Positions 46,507-54,879 of a DNA stretch of 58,298 nt are shown here, one piece after another (the stretch's first letter is position 1; every line of letters begins with the position of its first letter). The translations under genes were made by a program, and so were the position numbers. This DNA is from a virus. Taxonomy: Duplodnaviria > Caudoviricetes. The stretch is taken from IMG/VR virus record IMGVR_UViG_3300026333_000001, positions 1 to 58,298 of that record, one strand, 5' to 3'. Under the pieces are notes generated by a model that was not told where the DNA came from, searched no databases, and saw nothing but the letters and a program-made list of their open reading frames with translations.

Positions 46507-48629
46507 GCGAGTCGGAGCGGCGCCCGGACGACGAGCGCCCGCTGCGCGCCGTCCCCGACGCCGTCGAGGAGCCCGACGACGAGCCGGGGCGGGAGGTCGC
46601 GGTACGCGACGAGACCGCCCCGGCCGCCATGGAACAGGACGAGCCGCTCGACGGTGTGGTCCTCGTCGAGGAGCGGGAGCTGCCGGCGCTGTTGCCGCCC
46701 TGGGCGACGAGCGCGGCAAGCATCCGCGCGTACGCCGTGTGGCGGGCACGCTGGTCGGGGCACATGCTTGCGTTCCACGCCATCCGCACCCCGCTGTACG
46801 CCGTCCGTGTCGTCGTACGCGGCGTCGTTGGCACCGCCCGTGGCGTACGGGCGCTGGTCGCGTGGGTCTTCGATTGGCAGGCACAGCCGCTTCGCCGTGC
46901 GGCCGTGGAGGGCACCGAGTACCGGGAGTATCTCGCGCTGGTCCATATCCGCAACGACTACGTCCGCATCCGCGGGATCGTGGCCGGCGCCAGCCTCCTG
47001 GCCGTCGGCGTCGGTGTGGCCATCGAGGTGGCGACGTTCCCGGCCGCCCTGGTCCTCGAAGCCCTGCTAGGGCTGGCCGTCGCCGCGTGGTGGGGTGGCC
47101 CCGGCGAGCAGGCCGGCCTGTTCGATTCCCCGGACCTGCCGGTGCGGCTCGACCTGAACGAACAGCATCTCAACGGTGCGTTCCGCGCCGCGGGCCTGCT
47201 CAAAGGCAAGGACGAAGACGACGACGCGCCGCAGCTCCTGATGGTCCGGCCGCCGATGCGTGACCAGAACGGCTGGTCGGCCGTGATGGACCTGCCCCGC
47301 GGTGGCGGCAAGACCGCCAAGGACGCCCTGGGCAAGCGGGACGTCATCGCCGCCGAGCTGGGTGTCGATGAGATCCAGCTCGACCTGCGGCGGGTGCGTG
47401 CCGTGCACGGCGGGCATGCGGGGCGGATCTCGCTGTGGGCGTGCGACGACGACCCATACCTACAGGAAGAACCAACCCCGTCGGTACTCGCCGACATGGA
47501 AACCTTCGATATCTGGCAGCCCGTACCCTTCGGGCGCGATGCCCGTCGCAACCGCGTCGACCTGCCGCTGATGTGGCAGTCCATGTTCTTCGGTGGCCTG
47601 CCGCGGCGCGGAAAGTCGGCGTCGCAGCGACTCCCGTCGGCCGCCGCCGCCCTCGACGCGCACGTGCGGCACTACGTCGCCGACGGCAAGGGCGGTGGGG
47701 ACTGGCTGCCGATGCGGCAACTCGCGCACCGGCTCGTCCTCGGCGCCGAACTCGATGCCGTGGCCGCGCTCGAAGACATGCTGGACGAGGTCATCGAGGA
47801 GATGGAGTCCGCATACCGGGTCATCCGCAAGATCCCGGCGCGGGTCGCACCGGACGCCAAACTCACCCCGCAGATCCAGCGCCGCTACAACCTGCCGATC
47901 TCCTTCGTGACCATCGATGAGCTGCAGGAATATCTCACGGCGATCAGCGAGACCAAGCGGCGGGAGGCGCTGATCGACCGGCTGTGCCGCATCTCCCGCC
48001 GCGGCCCTGCCGCCGGTTACATCTCGAACTTCGCGTCCCAGCGCCCGGACGCCGACAGTGTGCCGGCGCGACTCCGGGAGATCGTCACGTACCGGTACTG
48101 CACGCAGGTCATCGACCGCACGAGCTCGGACATGGTGCTCGGCAAGGGCAAGGCGTCCCAGGGCGCGGATGCTTCCGTGCTGGCCGAGGAGCACGTCGGG
48201 GTGGGGGTGCTGGTGACCAGCGCGGCGAACTTCACGACCGTCCTGTGCGACTACCTTGACCTGCCGGGCTTCACCGCCGTCTGCGCGCGCGGGCGCGTGC
48301 TGCGGGAGCAGGCCGGGACACTGACCGGCGACGCCGCCGACGATGTGCTGGCCCGCGCGGAGGCTCAGATCATCCCGCAGGTGCTCGCGGACGCGCTCAC
48401 GCTGATGCGGCATGTAGAGCGGATCCACAGCTTCGACCTGCTGAACAGGCTCGTCAACCTGGACCAGGGCAGCTACGGGAACTGGTCTGTGGAACGCCTC
48501 GCGGACGAGCTCGCCGATGCAGGGGTGGAGCGCACGACCCGGCAGGTCAAGATCGACGGCCGGAACTTGAACGGCTATCACCGCTCCGATCTGGAGGCCG
48601 CCGCCGAGCAGTACGAGCGGCCGTCATGA
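46503..48629 (+). CDS. traB: FtsK/SpoIIIE-family TraB-like conjugative DNA translocase
   Basis: 708 aa; N-terminal TM pair, Walker A GGLPRRGKS, DGKGG.D, Walker B TIDELQE, ASQRP, SDMVLG; C-terminal wHTH-like domain ending GY.R.DL. Confidence 0.88.
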   Translation: MSESERRPDDERPLRAVPDAVEEPDDEPGREVAVRDETAPAAMEQDEPLDGVVLVEERELPALLPPWATSAASIRAYAVWRARWSGHMLAFHAIRTPLYAVRVVVRGVVGTARGVRALVAWVFDWQAQPLRRAAVEGTEYREYLALVHIRNDYVRIRGIVAGASLLAVGVGVAIEVATFPAALVLEALLGLAVAAWWGGPGEQAGLFDSPDLPVRLDLNEQHLNGAFRAAGLLKGKDEDDDAPQLLMVRPPMRDQNGWSAVMDLPRGGGKTAKDALGKRDVIAAELGVDEIQLDLRRVRAVHGGHAGRISLWACDDDPYLQEEPTPSVLADMETFDIWQPVPFGRDARRNRVDLPLMWQSMFFGGLPRRGKSASQRLPSAAAALDAHVRHYVADGKGGGDWLPMRQLAHRLVLGAELDAVAALEDMLDEVIEEMESAYRVIRKIPARVAPDAKLTPQIQRRYNLPISFVTIDELQEYLTAISETKRREALIDRLCRISRRGPAAGYISNFASQRPDADSVPARLREIVTYRYCTQVIDRTSSDMVLGKGKASQGADASVLAEEHVGVGVLVTSAANFTTVLCDYLDLPGFTAVCARGRVLREQAGTLTGDAADDVLARAEAQIIPQVLADALTLMRHVERIHSFDLLNRLVNLDQGSYGNWSVERLADELADAGVERTTRQVKIDGRNLNGYHRSDLEAAAEQYERPS

Positions 48630-48646
48630 CCCCCCGGAACCGGCCC

Positions 48647-48775
48647 GTAGAGGCACGGGAGCGGCCCGCCGTGCACCCCCTCTACCGGGGTCTACCTCGC
48701 AGGTCAGCGGCCACCTACCGGCCCCCTCTACCCGGTAGGCGCTCCCCTCTACGGCGGGGGTCGCGGGTAGAGGGG
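48647..48775. repeat. clt-like repeat cluster directly downstream of traB
   Basis: CCCCTCTAC at 48677, 48723 and 48744; inverted GTAGAGGGG at 48767; partial copies at 48647, 48691, 48714 and 48734. Confidence 0.75.
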
Positions 48776-48808
48776 TCAACCACCATCCACGGCAAGGAGA
48801 CGATCACC

Positions 48809-49162
48809 ATGCCCCCAGCCAAACGCGGGACGCCCGCGGGCAAGACCAAGACGCATGTCCGCGCCCACGCTCGCACCACCGCCGCGGGCCGATCGGTCCG
48901 GGTTCGCTCGCACAGCCGTACGGTCACCGCCTGGCAGCAGGCCGGGATCGCCTGGGCGGGCACGGCCGCGACCGGCGCCACCACCCTCGCCCTCGTCGTC
49001 GAGCTCGGCCTGACGCTGATCTCCGCAGTGCTGATGCTGGTGACCGCGCTGGTTGGCGCGCTGGCCGTCGCGGCGACGGCGAAGGCATCGAAGCCGCGAC
49101 GCAGGATGCGCGCCAGGACGCGAGGTCGCCGGCGCCCGACAGGACGAGGGAGACGGCGATGA
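48809..49162 (+). CDS. Basic membrane protein (Spd-like by position)
   Basis: AAGGAG RBS; HVRAHAR...VRVRSHSR motif, two hydrophobic segments, Arg-rich tail. Confidence 0.7.
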   Translation: MPPAKRGTPAGKTKTHVRAHARTTAAGRSVRVRSHSRTVTAWQQAGIAWAGTAATGATTLALVVELGLTLISAVLMLVTALVGALAVAATAKASKPRRRMRARTRGRRRPTGRGRRR

Positions 49163-49365
49163 CGACCCTGATCCTCGGCGTCATCATCGCCGCCATCCTC
49201 TACCGCATCAGCCTGGCGATCTGGCCGTACACCGCGTGCCGGGGCTGCTCCGGCGAGGGCACGAACGCCGGCAGCAACCGCAAGCGCTGGGGCAACTGCC
49301 GTCGCTGCGGCGGATCCGGGCAGAAGCTGCGCCTCGGCACCCGACTACTCGTCCGCCGTCGATGA
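49159..49365 (+). CDS. Small membrane-anchored DnaJ-type zinc-finger protein
   Basis: TM segment then CRGCSGEG...CRRCGGSG. Confidence 0.8.
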   Translation: MTTLILGVIIAAILYRISLAIWPYTACRGCSGEGTNAGSNRKRWGNCRRCGGSGQKLRLGTRLLVRRR

Positions 49366-49389
49366 CCGTACTCTCGATACGACGAGGAG

Positions 49390-49424
49390 GCCCCGCCGGT
49401 CGTGATGACCGTGCGGGGCGTTTT
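49390..49424 (+). terminator. Rho-independent terminator ending the transfer operon
   Basis: GCCCCGCCGGTC-N5-GACCGTGCGGGGC-GTTTT. Confidence 0.75.
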
Positions 49425-49516
49425 GGTGTTGAGATGACTACCTGAGGTAACTCGGTCCTGTCCTTGACCGCCCTTCCCGCCCGGGCTGACGCTCGCAGAT
49501 GGGAGGAGGTGGCATC

Positions 49517-49648
49517 ATGGGCAACCTGACCGGCGTGTTGTGGCGTAAGGCCACACGCTGCGGCGGCAACACCGGCGACCAGTCCTCGGACGACAACAGC
49601 GAGTCGTGTGTGCTCGTCGCGGTCATGGACGTTGACGCGAGGGACTGA
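49517..49648 (+). CDS. Short DUF397-like peptide (43 aa)
   Basis: MGNLTGVLWRKATRCGG...ESCVLVAVMDVDARD; strong GGAGGAGGT RBS. Confidence 0.7.
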   Translation: MGNLTGVLWRKATRCGGNTGDQSSDDNSESCVLVAVMDVDARD

Positions 49649-49712
49649 CAGGTGAACGACGCGGCCTCCGGTGACCTGTCCCGGGGGCTGTGTCATGTGA
49701 GGAGGGCGGCGG

Positions 49713-50165
49713 GTGCACTACCACGCGTACAGCTACGAAGGGCCAGGGGAGGCGATCAAACCGTTCGACGGTGCGCGGCGCGCTGGCGGTGTCGGGTTTG
49801 ATACGGCCGCCGTCCCTCCGGTGCGCACCGACTGGTGGCTGTGCCGCCCGGCCAGAGCCATCCGCGCGACCTGGGATGACCCGCGTGAGGGCGTATCGTG
49901 GCTGACCGCGCAGTGGCGCGAGAAGGTCGACGGCCACGAGATACATCCCCGTCAACAGCGCAGGCCCCACCTGGACTTTATGGCCGCCTTGAGCCTTGAA
50001 CAGTTGTCGATGGGCAACGATGAGGTGTGGGCGTCATGGCTGAGTGGGGGGATGTACGCGCATTTCGCGGTGATCTGCTGCCCGAACCGTACGGTGGGCG
50101 GCCCGCCGTGCCCGATAGGCCGCGAGGACACGCGCCCGGAAGGTGCGACACGGTACGTGGGCTAG
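49713..50165 (+). CDS. Conserved actinobacterial hypothetical protein
   Basis: HYHAYSY...PP.RT.WWL.RPA...TW..P...WL...AVICCPN; GGAGG RBS. Confidence 0.7.
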   Translation: MHYHAYSYEGPGEAIKPFDGARRAGGVGFDTAAVPPVRTDWWLCRPARAIRATWDDPREGVSWLTAQWREKVDGHEIHPRQQRRPHLDFMAALSLEQLSMGNDEVWASWLSGGMYAHFAVICCPNRTVGGPPCPIGREDTRPEGATRYVG

Positions 50166-50223
50166 ATCCCGATGACCGCCCGAACGTTTGAGCGAAGGCG
50201 TATCATCGGGTTCGGGATTGGAA

Positions 50224-50253
50224 GAGGCCCCCGGGCGGTTGCCTGGGGGCCTC
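50224..50253. terminator. Bidirectional terminator between convergent genes
   Basis: GAGGCCCCCGGGC-GGTT-GCCTGGGGGCCTC. Confidence 0.75.
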
Positions 50254-50267
50254 CGTGTTGACAGGTG

Positions 50268-50363
50268 TTACTTGGCTGCCTCGCGCTCGACGCGGGCAAC
50301 CTCGACGCACTCGTTCTGACTGCCGCTTCGGGTGCTTTTACGCCACTCGATGGTTTGGGACAT
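50268..50363 (-). CDS. Mini DUF397 peptide (31 aa)
   Basis: MSQTIEWRKSTRSGSQNECVEVARVEREAAK, directly downstream of the XRE-DUF5753 gene; AAGGAG RBS. Confidence 0.8.
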   Translation of the reverse strand: MSQTIEWRKSTRSGSQNECVEVARVEREAAK

Positions 50364-50374
50364 GGGGATTGGAT

Positions 50375-51217
50375 CTACTCCTTGGCCACGTCGGCGATCA
50401 GTGCCGCCGAGTCTTCCGGTGATAGCGCCGCATCAGCGATACGGTCGAACGCCAGCCTAAACCGTCTGTTCTGTTCGGCGCTCTCGATGTAGGTCTCTCC
50501 AGACAGGTCCTCGATGTAGGAGACCGCCGGGTCGACGTCCTCCGCGAACTCCAGGTGAGTGAACGCGCCCTCCAGACCGATGTTCGCGCCGGCCGGGAAC
50601 GCCAGCACTCGCACCGACACGTTCGGCCTCCGCTGCTGTATGAGCAGCAGTTCGCGGAGCTGCTCTCGCATGACGTCGGGGCCGCCGACCTGCTGGCGGA
50701 TAGCCGCCTCGCCGAGTATCGCGTGGAACTCTGGTGCGTCCGGTCGGCTGAGCAGCAGCTTTCGCGCGACGCGGGCACGAACCCGTTCCTGGACGGCTTC
50801 CGGGCTCGGCTTGGGCAGGCCGGTCGCGATGACCGCGCGCGCGTAGTCCTCACTCTGCAGCAGGCCGGGGACCAGCAGCGGACGCCACACGCGGATGATG
50901 GATGCGGCCTCTTCGAGACCGACGTATGAGCCGGTGAACACGCCAAGGTCCTCCCACCAGCCGCGCTCATGCGCGTTGCGGGCCAGCTCGATCAGGCTGT
51001 CGCGCTTCTCCGCTTCGACGCCGTAGAGGGCAAGGATCTGCTTCACCTGAGCTGGCGTCGGGACCTTACGCCGATTCTCGAATCGGTTCAGCTTGGAATA
51101 CGACCAGCTCAACTGTGCTGCCGCACGCTCGACGGTCAGACCCGCCTGTTCGCGGAGGCGCTTGAGTTCGTCAGCGAGTCTGCGAGCGCGCACGGACAGG
51201 CTCTGCGTCGGTGCCAT
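50375..51217 (-). CDS. XRE-DUF5753 regulator (WhiJ/Scr1-like)
   Basis: RRLADELKRLREQAG...RGWW...LE..AS.IR....LVPGLLQ.EDYARA...EAAIRQQVGGPDVMREQL. Confidence 0.93.
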   Translation of the reverse strand: MAPTQSLSVRARRLADELKRLREQAGLTVERAAAQLSWSYSKLNRFENRRKVPTPAQVKQILALYGVEAEKRDSLIELARNAHERGWWEDLGVFTGSYVGLEEAASIIRVWRPLLVPGLLQSEDYARAVIATGLPKPSPEAVQERVRARVARKLLLSRPDAPEFHAILGEAAIRQQVGGPDVMREQLRELLLIQQRRPNVSVRVLAFPAGANIGLEGAFTHLEFAEDVDPAVSYIEDLSGETYIESAEQNRRFRLAFDRIADAALSPEDSAALIADVAKE

Positions 51218-51412
51218 GGCGTGCAGTGTCTCGCGTGCCGTTGCGTCTACGCAAAGGCATCTGACCCCCAGTCAGAAAATCATGAGAGTAAGGCTTGAGT
51301 TGATGATGACATCACGGCATCATGACGACCATCCAATCCCGGCCGGGACTCCCAACCCGGCACCCCTACAGGGGAGTGATCCCCCATGGAGCATCGCCCG
51401 CGAGCGGCCACC

Positions 51413-51886
51413 ATGACGCCGCCGAACGGCACACCCGTCGCCGCCGCGCCGTCGTGGCTCGCCCTCGAACCCGACCCGGTGTCGGCGAAGACCGCCCGCG
51501 TGTTCACGCGCACCCTGCTCGTGGAGGATCCGCGAGAGCTCGTCGACGACGTGGAGATGGTCGTCGACGAGCTCGTCACGAACGCGATCGTGCACGCCCC
51601 CGACGGCTACGTCGTCCCGCCGGGTATCTCGCCGTTAATTCACCTGGCGCTGCTGCCGATGCGCCGCTGGGTGGTCATCGAGGTGCGGGACCCGTGGCCG
51701 GACATCCCATGTAAACGAGAAACCGGCGACGCCGCCGAGGGTGGCCGCGGGCTGGAGATCGTGCACGCCCTGGCCGCCCGGTGCTGGACGAACCGGGGGG
51801 CAGCCGACAAAACAGTCCGTGCGATCGTGACCCGACCCGGCGCGAGGGTGACGGACGCGGAGCTGGACAGGCTGCGGCGCTCATGA
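51413..51886 (+). CDS. HATPase-like ATP-binding protein (AbaA-orfA / anti-sigma-like)
   Basis: VDELVTNAIVH, IEVRD, EGGRGLEIV.ALA..W...K.V.A; divergent from XRE; in-frame TTA at 51635. Confidence 0.9.
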   Translation: MTPPNGTPVAAAPSWLALEPDPVSAKTARVFTRTLLVEDPRELVDDVEMVVDELVTNAIVHAPDGYVVPPGISPLIHLALLPMRRWVVIEVRDPWPDIPCKRETGDAAEGGRGLEIVHALAARCWTNRGAADKTVRAIVTRPGARVTDAELDRLRRS

Positions 51887-52035
51887 GCGCCTCCGGCCGA
51901 CCAACCCCGGTGATCCCCGGTTTCCGGCTTCAGCAAGACCCGCTCACCGACGAGTGGATCGGCACCTCCCGCTCCGGGTTCGTGATCCGTGGCTGGTCGC
52001 AAGGCGAGCTCGAAGCCGCACGGCGGGCGTTGTGA
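51883..52035 (+). CDS. Small hypothetical protein, possibly truncated by an in-frame TGA
   Basis: ATGA overlap; frame stays open after TGA (RQILLNFRAALIEVYPG...). Confidence 0.45.
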   Translation: MSASGRPTPVIPGFRLQQDPLTDEWIGTSRSGFVIRGWSQGELEAARRAL

Positions 52036-52560
52036 CGGCAGATCCTTCTGAACTTCCGGGCCGCGCTCATCGAGGTGTACCCGGGAGACCAGTCGTTACA
52101 GACTCCCACGCGGCCGGGCCCCACCCTGTCCCCGGCGCGCGCGGGATTCCCCGGGAACTCGCCCCGAATTGCGTGGGGGGGCGGGATGCGACCCGGGAAG
52201 GGGCGCCGGCGATCTCCCCCGAGTCGCCGGGCCCGGCCGCCGCGAGGATGCACTGCCTCGCGCGGCCCTGCGGCCACCGGGGAGCGTGCCTTTGGGCGTC
52301 TGAGCGCTCCCCGGTGGCCCCTCACGACCAAACTCCCGAACGAAAGAGGCTTGCATGTGGTGGTTTGACCCGCTGTGGTGGCACGTTCCCGGCGCCAGCG
52401 GACGCCACTACCCGCCCGTCGTTCATCGCCCCCGCCGCCGCTGGGCGCGCCTGGTCAATCGACTGCGCAGGCAGCGGCGCCCCTGATCGGCCCACGGCCT
52501 CGGCATGCGCGGTGCCCGGGGCCGTGGGTCCACCGCACGAAGGAACAGGATCGGCTCGAA

Positions 52561-52887
52561 ATGACCGGAGAAACACTCGTCGACCAGCTCCTGATCGGCG
52601 ACGAGCAGCTCGACCACCGCGCGGAACGCATCCGCGCGATCGGCGTCACCGCAGATGACCTCGGGCTGGTCGCCGATTACCTGCGCGCCCTGGCCGAGCA
52701 CGGCGAGAGCGTGGCCCATCTCGCCCAACGCGCCTTCGATGAGGCGCCGCCATCACATCCGGTGCGGTCCATGGACACTGCCGGGGACGTCGAGTTGTTC
52801 CTGTCCCATGCCCAGAACCTGTTCGGGGCGGCGCAGACGTTCGCCTCAGAAACCTTCGTGCGGATCCGCGACGCGGACACCACATGA
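52561..52887 (+). CDS. Hypothetical helical protein
   Basis: MTGETLVDQLL...; GC3-rich, 108 aa. Confidence 0.6.
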   Translation: MTGETLVDQLLIGDEQLDHRAERIRAIGVTADDLGLVADYLRALAEHGESVAHLAQRAFDEAPPSHPVRSMDTAGDVELFLSHAQNLFGAAQTFASETFVRIRDADTT

Positions 52888-53023
52888 CCCCCGCGGCCCG
52901 CGGGTCGACGGCGCGCACCTGCGCGCTGCGCGTCAGCAAGGCGACTGGCACCGGAAGGAGGTGGAAGCTAACCGACCGTCAACGTCATCATGTCCAAAGA
53001 CGTCCTTCATGGAGGAAGCAAGG

Positions 53024-53506
53024 ATGGCAACAGCACAGCTCGGAGTGAAGACCGGCATGACGCTCCTCGACGACATGGAGCTGTTCAACCGCATCGCCGA
53101 CCGCATCACCCGCGAGAACGAGACCATCGACCGGGCCATGGCCGGGAGGATCCTCGACCAGGCGATCCTGTTCGTCGCCGCGGCCGGGCGCAACCCCGGC
53201 ATGGGCCTGTCCCCATCGGAGCAGATCGACGTCGGCTGGGACGCGTTCATCCTCTACACGAAGGAGTACTTCGACTTCTGCGCCAGGGTCGCTGGCCGTT
53301 ACGTCCACCACACCCCGAACGACACCCCCGGCCACGAAGTCACGCTCACCAACGGCGACCCGATCCGCACCCCGGCCGAGACCGCGGATGTGCTCCGTGA
53401 GTGCGGGTTCTGGGTGGATGATGAACTGTGGCCCGCGGAGGCGAAGGCGAACTGTACGAACTGCTACGTCGGTGACCACGACAGCGGGACCGTGGACGAT
53501 ACCTGA
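53024..53506 (+). CDS. GRDP/DUF1399-like (PS..VD.GWH.FIL.T..Y..FC...G..HH.P family) protein
   Basis: LSPSEQIDVGWDAFILYTKEYFDFCARVAGRYVHHTP; C-terminal CTNC. Confidence 0.75.
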   Translation: MATAQLGVKTGMTLLDDMELFNRIADRITRENETIDRAMAGRILDQAILFVAAAGRNPGMGLSPSEQIDVGWDAFILYTKEYFDFCARVAGRYVHHTPNDTPGHEVTLTNGDPIRTPAETADVLRECGFWVDDELWPAEAKANCTNCYVGDHDSGTVDDT

Positions 53507-53530
53507 CCCCCGCCAGTAGTCCCCGACGAC

Positions 53531-53575
53531 GAAAGCCCCGTCTCGCCCTCCGAAGAGGTACGAGACGGGGCTTTC
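53531..53575. terminator. Bidirectional terminator ending the late operon and the accessory region
   Basis: GAAAGCCCCGTCTCG-N15-CGAGACGGGGCTTTC. Confidence 0.85.
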
Positions 53576-53603
53576 TGTGGGGGCCCTGCCGGGGGAGGCA
53601 GGT

Positions 53604-53759
53604 CTAGGGGCGGCGCTCGGCCAGCAGGGCAGCGACCTCGCGACGTACCTGCCGCCGCTCAACTCGCTTCCGTCGCCGCTTTTCGAGGCGCTCTGTTCTG
53701 CTCCTGCAGTCCAGGCACCAGCACGCCGGGGACGGGTAGCGGCCGAGCATGCGCGTCAT
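53604..53759 (-). CDS. Small Arg-rich protein with CxCxxC
   Basis: MTRMLGRYPSPACWCLDCRSRTERLEKRRRKRVERRQVRRE. Confidence 0.5.
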   Translation of the reverse strand: MTRMLGRYPSPACWCLDCRSRTERLEKRRRKRVERRQVRREVAALLAERRP

Positions 53760-53769
53760 AACCGCGAGC

Positions 53770-54114
53770 CTACGCGCGAGCCCTGGCCTTCCCCTGTACG
53801 GGCGAGACGTTCTGCCGCAGCAGCAGCGCCAGCACAATGGACAGCGCCGTCACGGTCGCGCCGATCTGGTCGCCGGACAGGTGCAGCCCGAACGCCGCCA
53901 CGGCGCTCAGCAGCGACGCCACGGCCGCGGTGACGGTCGAGACGACCACCGGGCGGGTCATGGCCGCGGTCGCGATCGTCAGCACCGCCGTGGCGATGAC
54001 GGTGACGGCCGCGGTCTGGTCGTGGGATAGGGGCAGGCCGAACGAGACGAACAGCGCGACCGCCGCGTTGAGCGCGTACAGCAGCGTCGCCGGTTCGTAG
54101 CCGAAGATCTTCAA
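53770..54114 (-). CDS. Holin-like membrane protein
   Basis: 114 aa, about four hydrophobic segments in two repeats; MKIFGYEP...RQNVSPV. Confidence 0.75.
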   Translation of the reverse strand: MKIFGYEPATLLYALNAAVALFVSFGLPLSHDQTAAVTVIATAVLTIATAAMTRPVVVSTVTAAVASLLSAVAAFGLHLSGDQIGATVTALSIVLALLLRQNVSPVQGKARARA

Positions 54115-54180
54115 TAGAGGTCTCCTTACATTCTCGGCCGCCGATGTGAAGCCGTCGGCGGTCCGCTTGAAAAGCGCTGG

Positions 54181-54876
54181 TCAGGTGGTGACTCGCCGGA
54201 CACTCCGGCCGAGCTCGTGCCGTTTGGCGGCGACGTAGCGCCGGTTGGCGTGCTCGCCGAACTGCTGATCCTCGGTGCCGTCCGGGAAGCGGCGGACGAC
54301 GTAGCCGCCCGGCGCGAGCGTGAACGGTTTCAGCTCACCGGGCATCCAGTGGGTGCGGGTGTCCGGCACGTCGTACCAGCCGGGCGTCACGAAGTCGGAG
54401 ACGGCCACGCCGTCGATCAGGTAGGAGTCGCCCTCGACTGGGTCACACGCCTCGTAGGCGACCTCGTAGCCGCTGCCGGTGTCCTTCCAGACGTCGACGT
54501 GCGGGTCGACGAACGTCTCGACGATCTCGTGGCTTTCCGTGGTGCTCACGGGCACGCCGTACTCCAGGCATGGGCGCACGAAGATCCGCCCGTAGATCCG
54601 GCCGTACCGGTCGATCGAGTGGTAGCCGAGCGCCCCGGCCTGGTCGGCGTCGTCGAGCACGACCAGCACCCAGGCGCCGCGCGGCGCGTGCGAGGTCTTG
54701 GACAGGAACTGCACGCGGACCGGCTTCAGGCCGTACGCGGGTGCGACGTGCTCGCGGATTTGGCGGGCGCACGCCGCCGTCCACCGCTTCACGTCCTCGT
54801 CGGTGACGAGGGTCGACCGGTTGACGACGTAGATGCCGGTCTTGGGTCGTGAGACCCGCAGCAGCTTGCAGGACAT
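54181..54876 (-). CDS. Putative zincin-like metallopeptidase
   Basis: GALGYH...SHEIVETFVDP...YEACDPVE...VSDFVTP.WY. Confidence 0.6.
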   Translation of the reverse strand: MSCKLLRVSRPKTGIYVVNRSTLVTDEDVKRWTAACARQIREHVAPAYGLKPVRVQFLSKTSHAPRGAWVLVVLDDADQAGALGYHSIDRYGRIYGRIFVRPCLEYGVPVSTTESHEIVETFVDPHVDVWKDTGSGYEVAYEACDPVEGDSYLIDGVAVSDFVTPGWYDVPDTRTHWMPGELKPFTLAPGGYVVRRFPDGTEDQQFGEHANRRYVAAKRHELGRSVRRVTT

Positions 54877-54879
54877 GGC

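Noticed and set aside
46503-48629. Type VII secretion EccC, T4SS coupling protein or packaging ATPase
   Set aside because: Single ATPase domain with TM N-terminus and wHTH tail; no WXG100, relaxase or VirB4 genes; a separate terminase exists.
50268-51217. Classical toxin-antitoxin pair
   Set aside because: XRE-DUF397 pairs were predicted as TA systems, but tested Streptomyces examples behaved as regulators; nothing here indicates a toxin domain.
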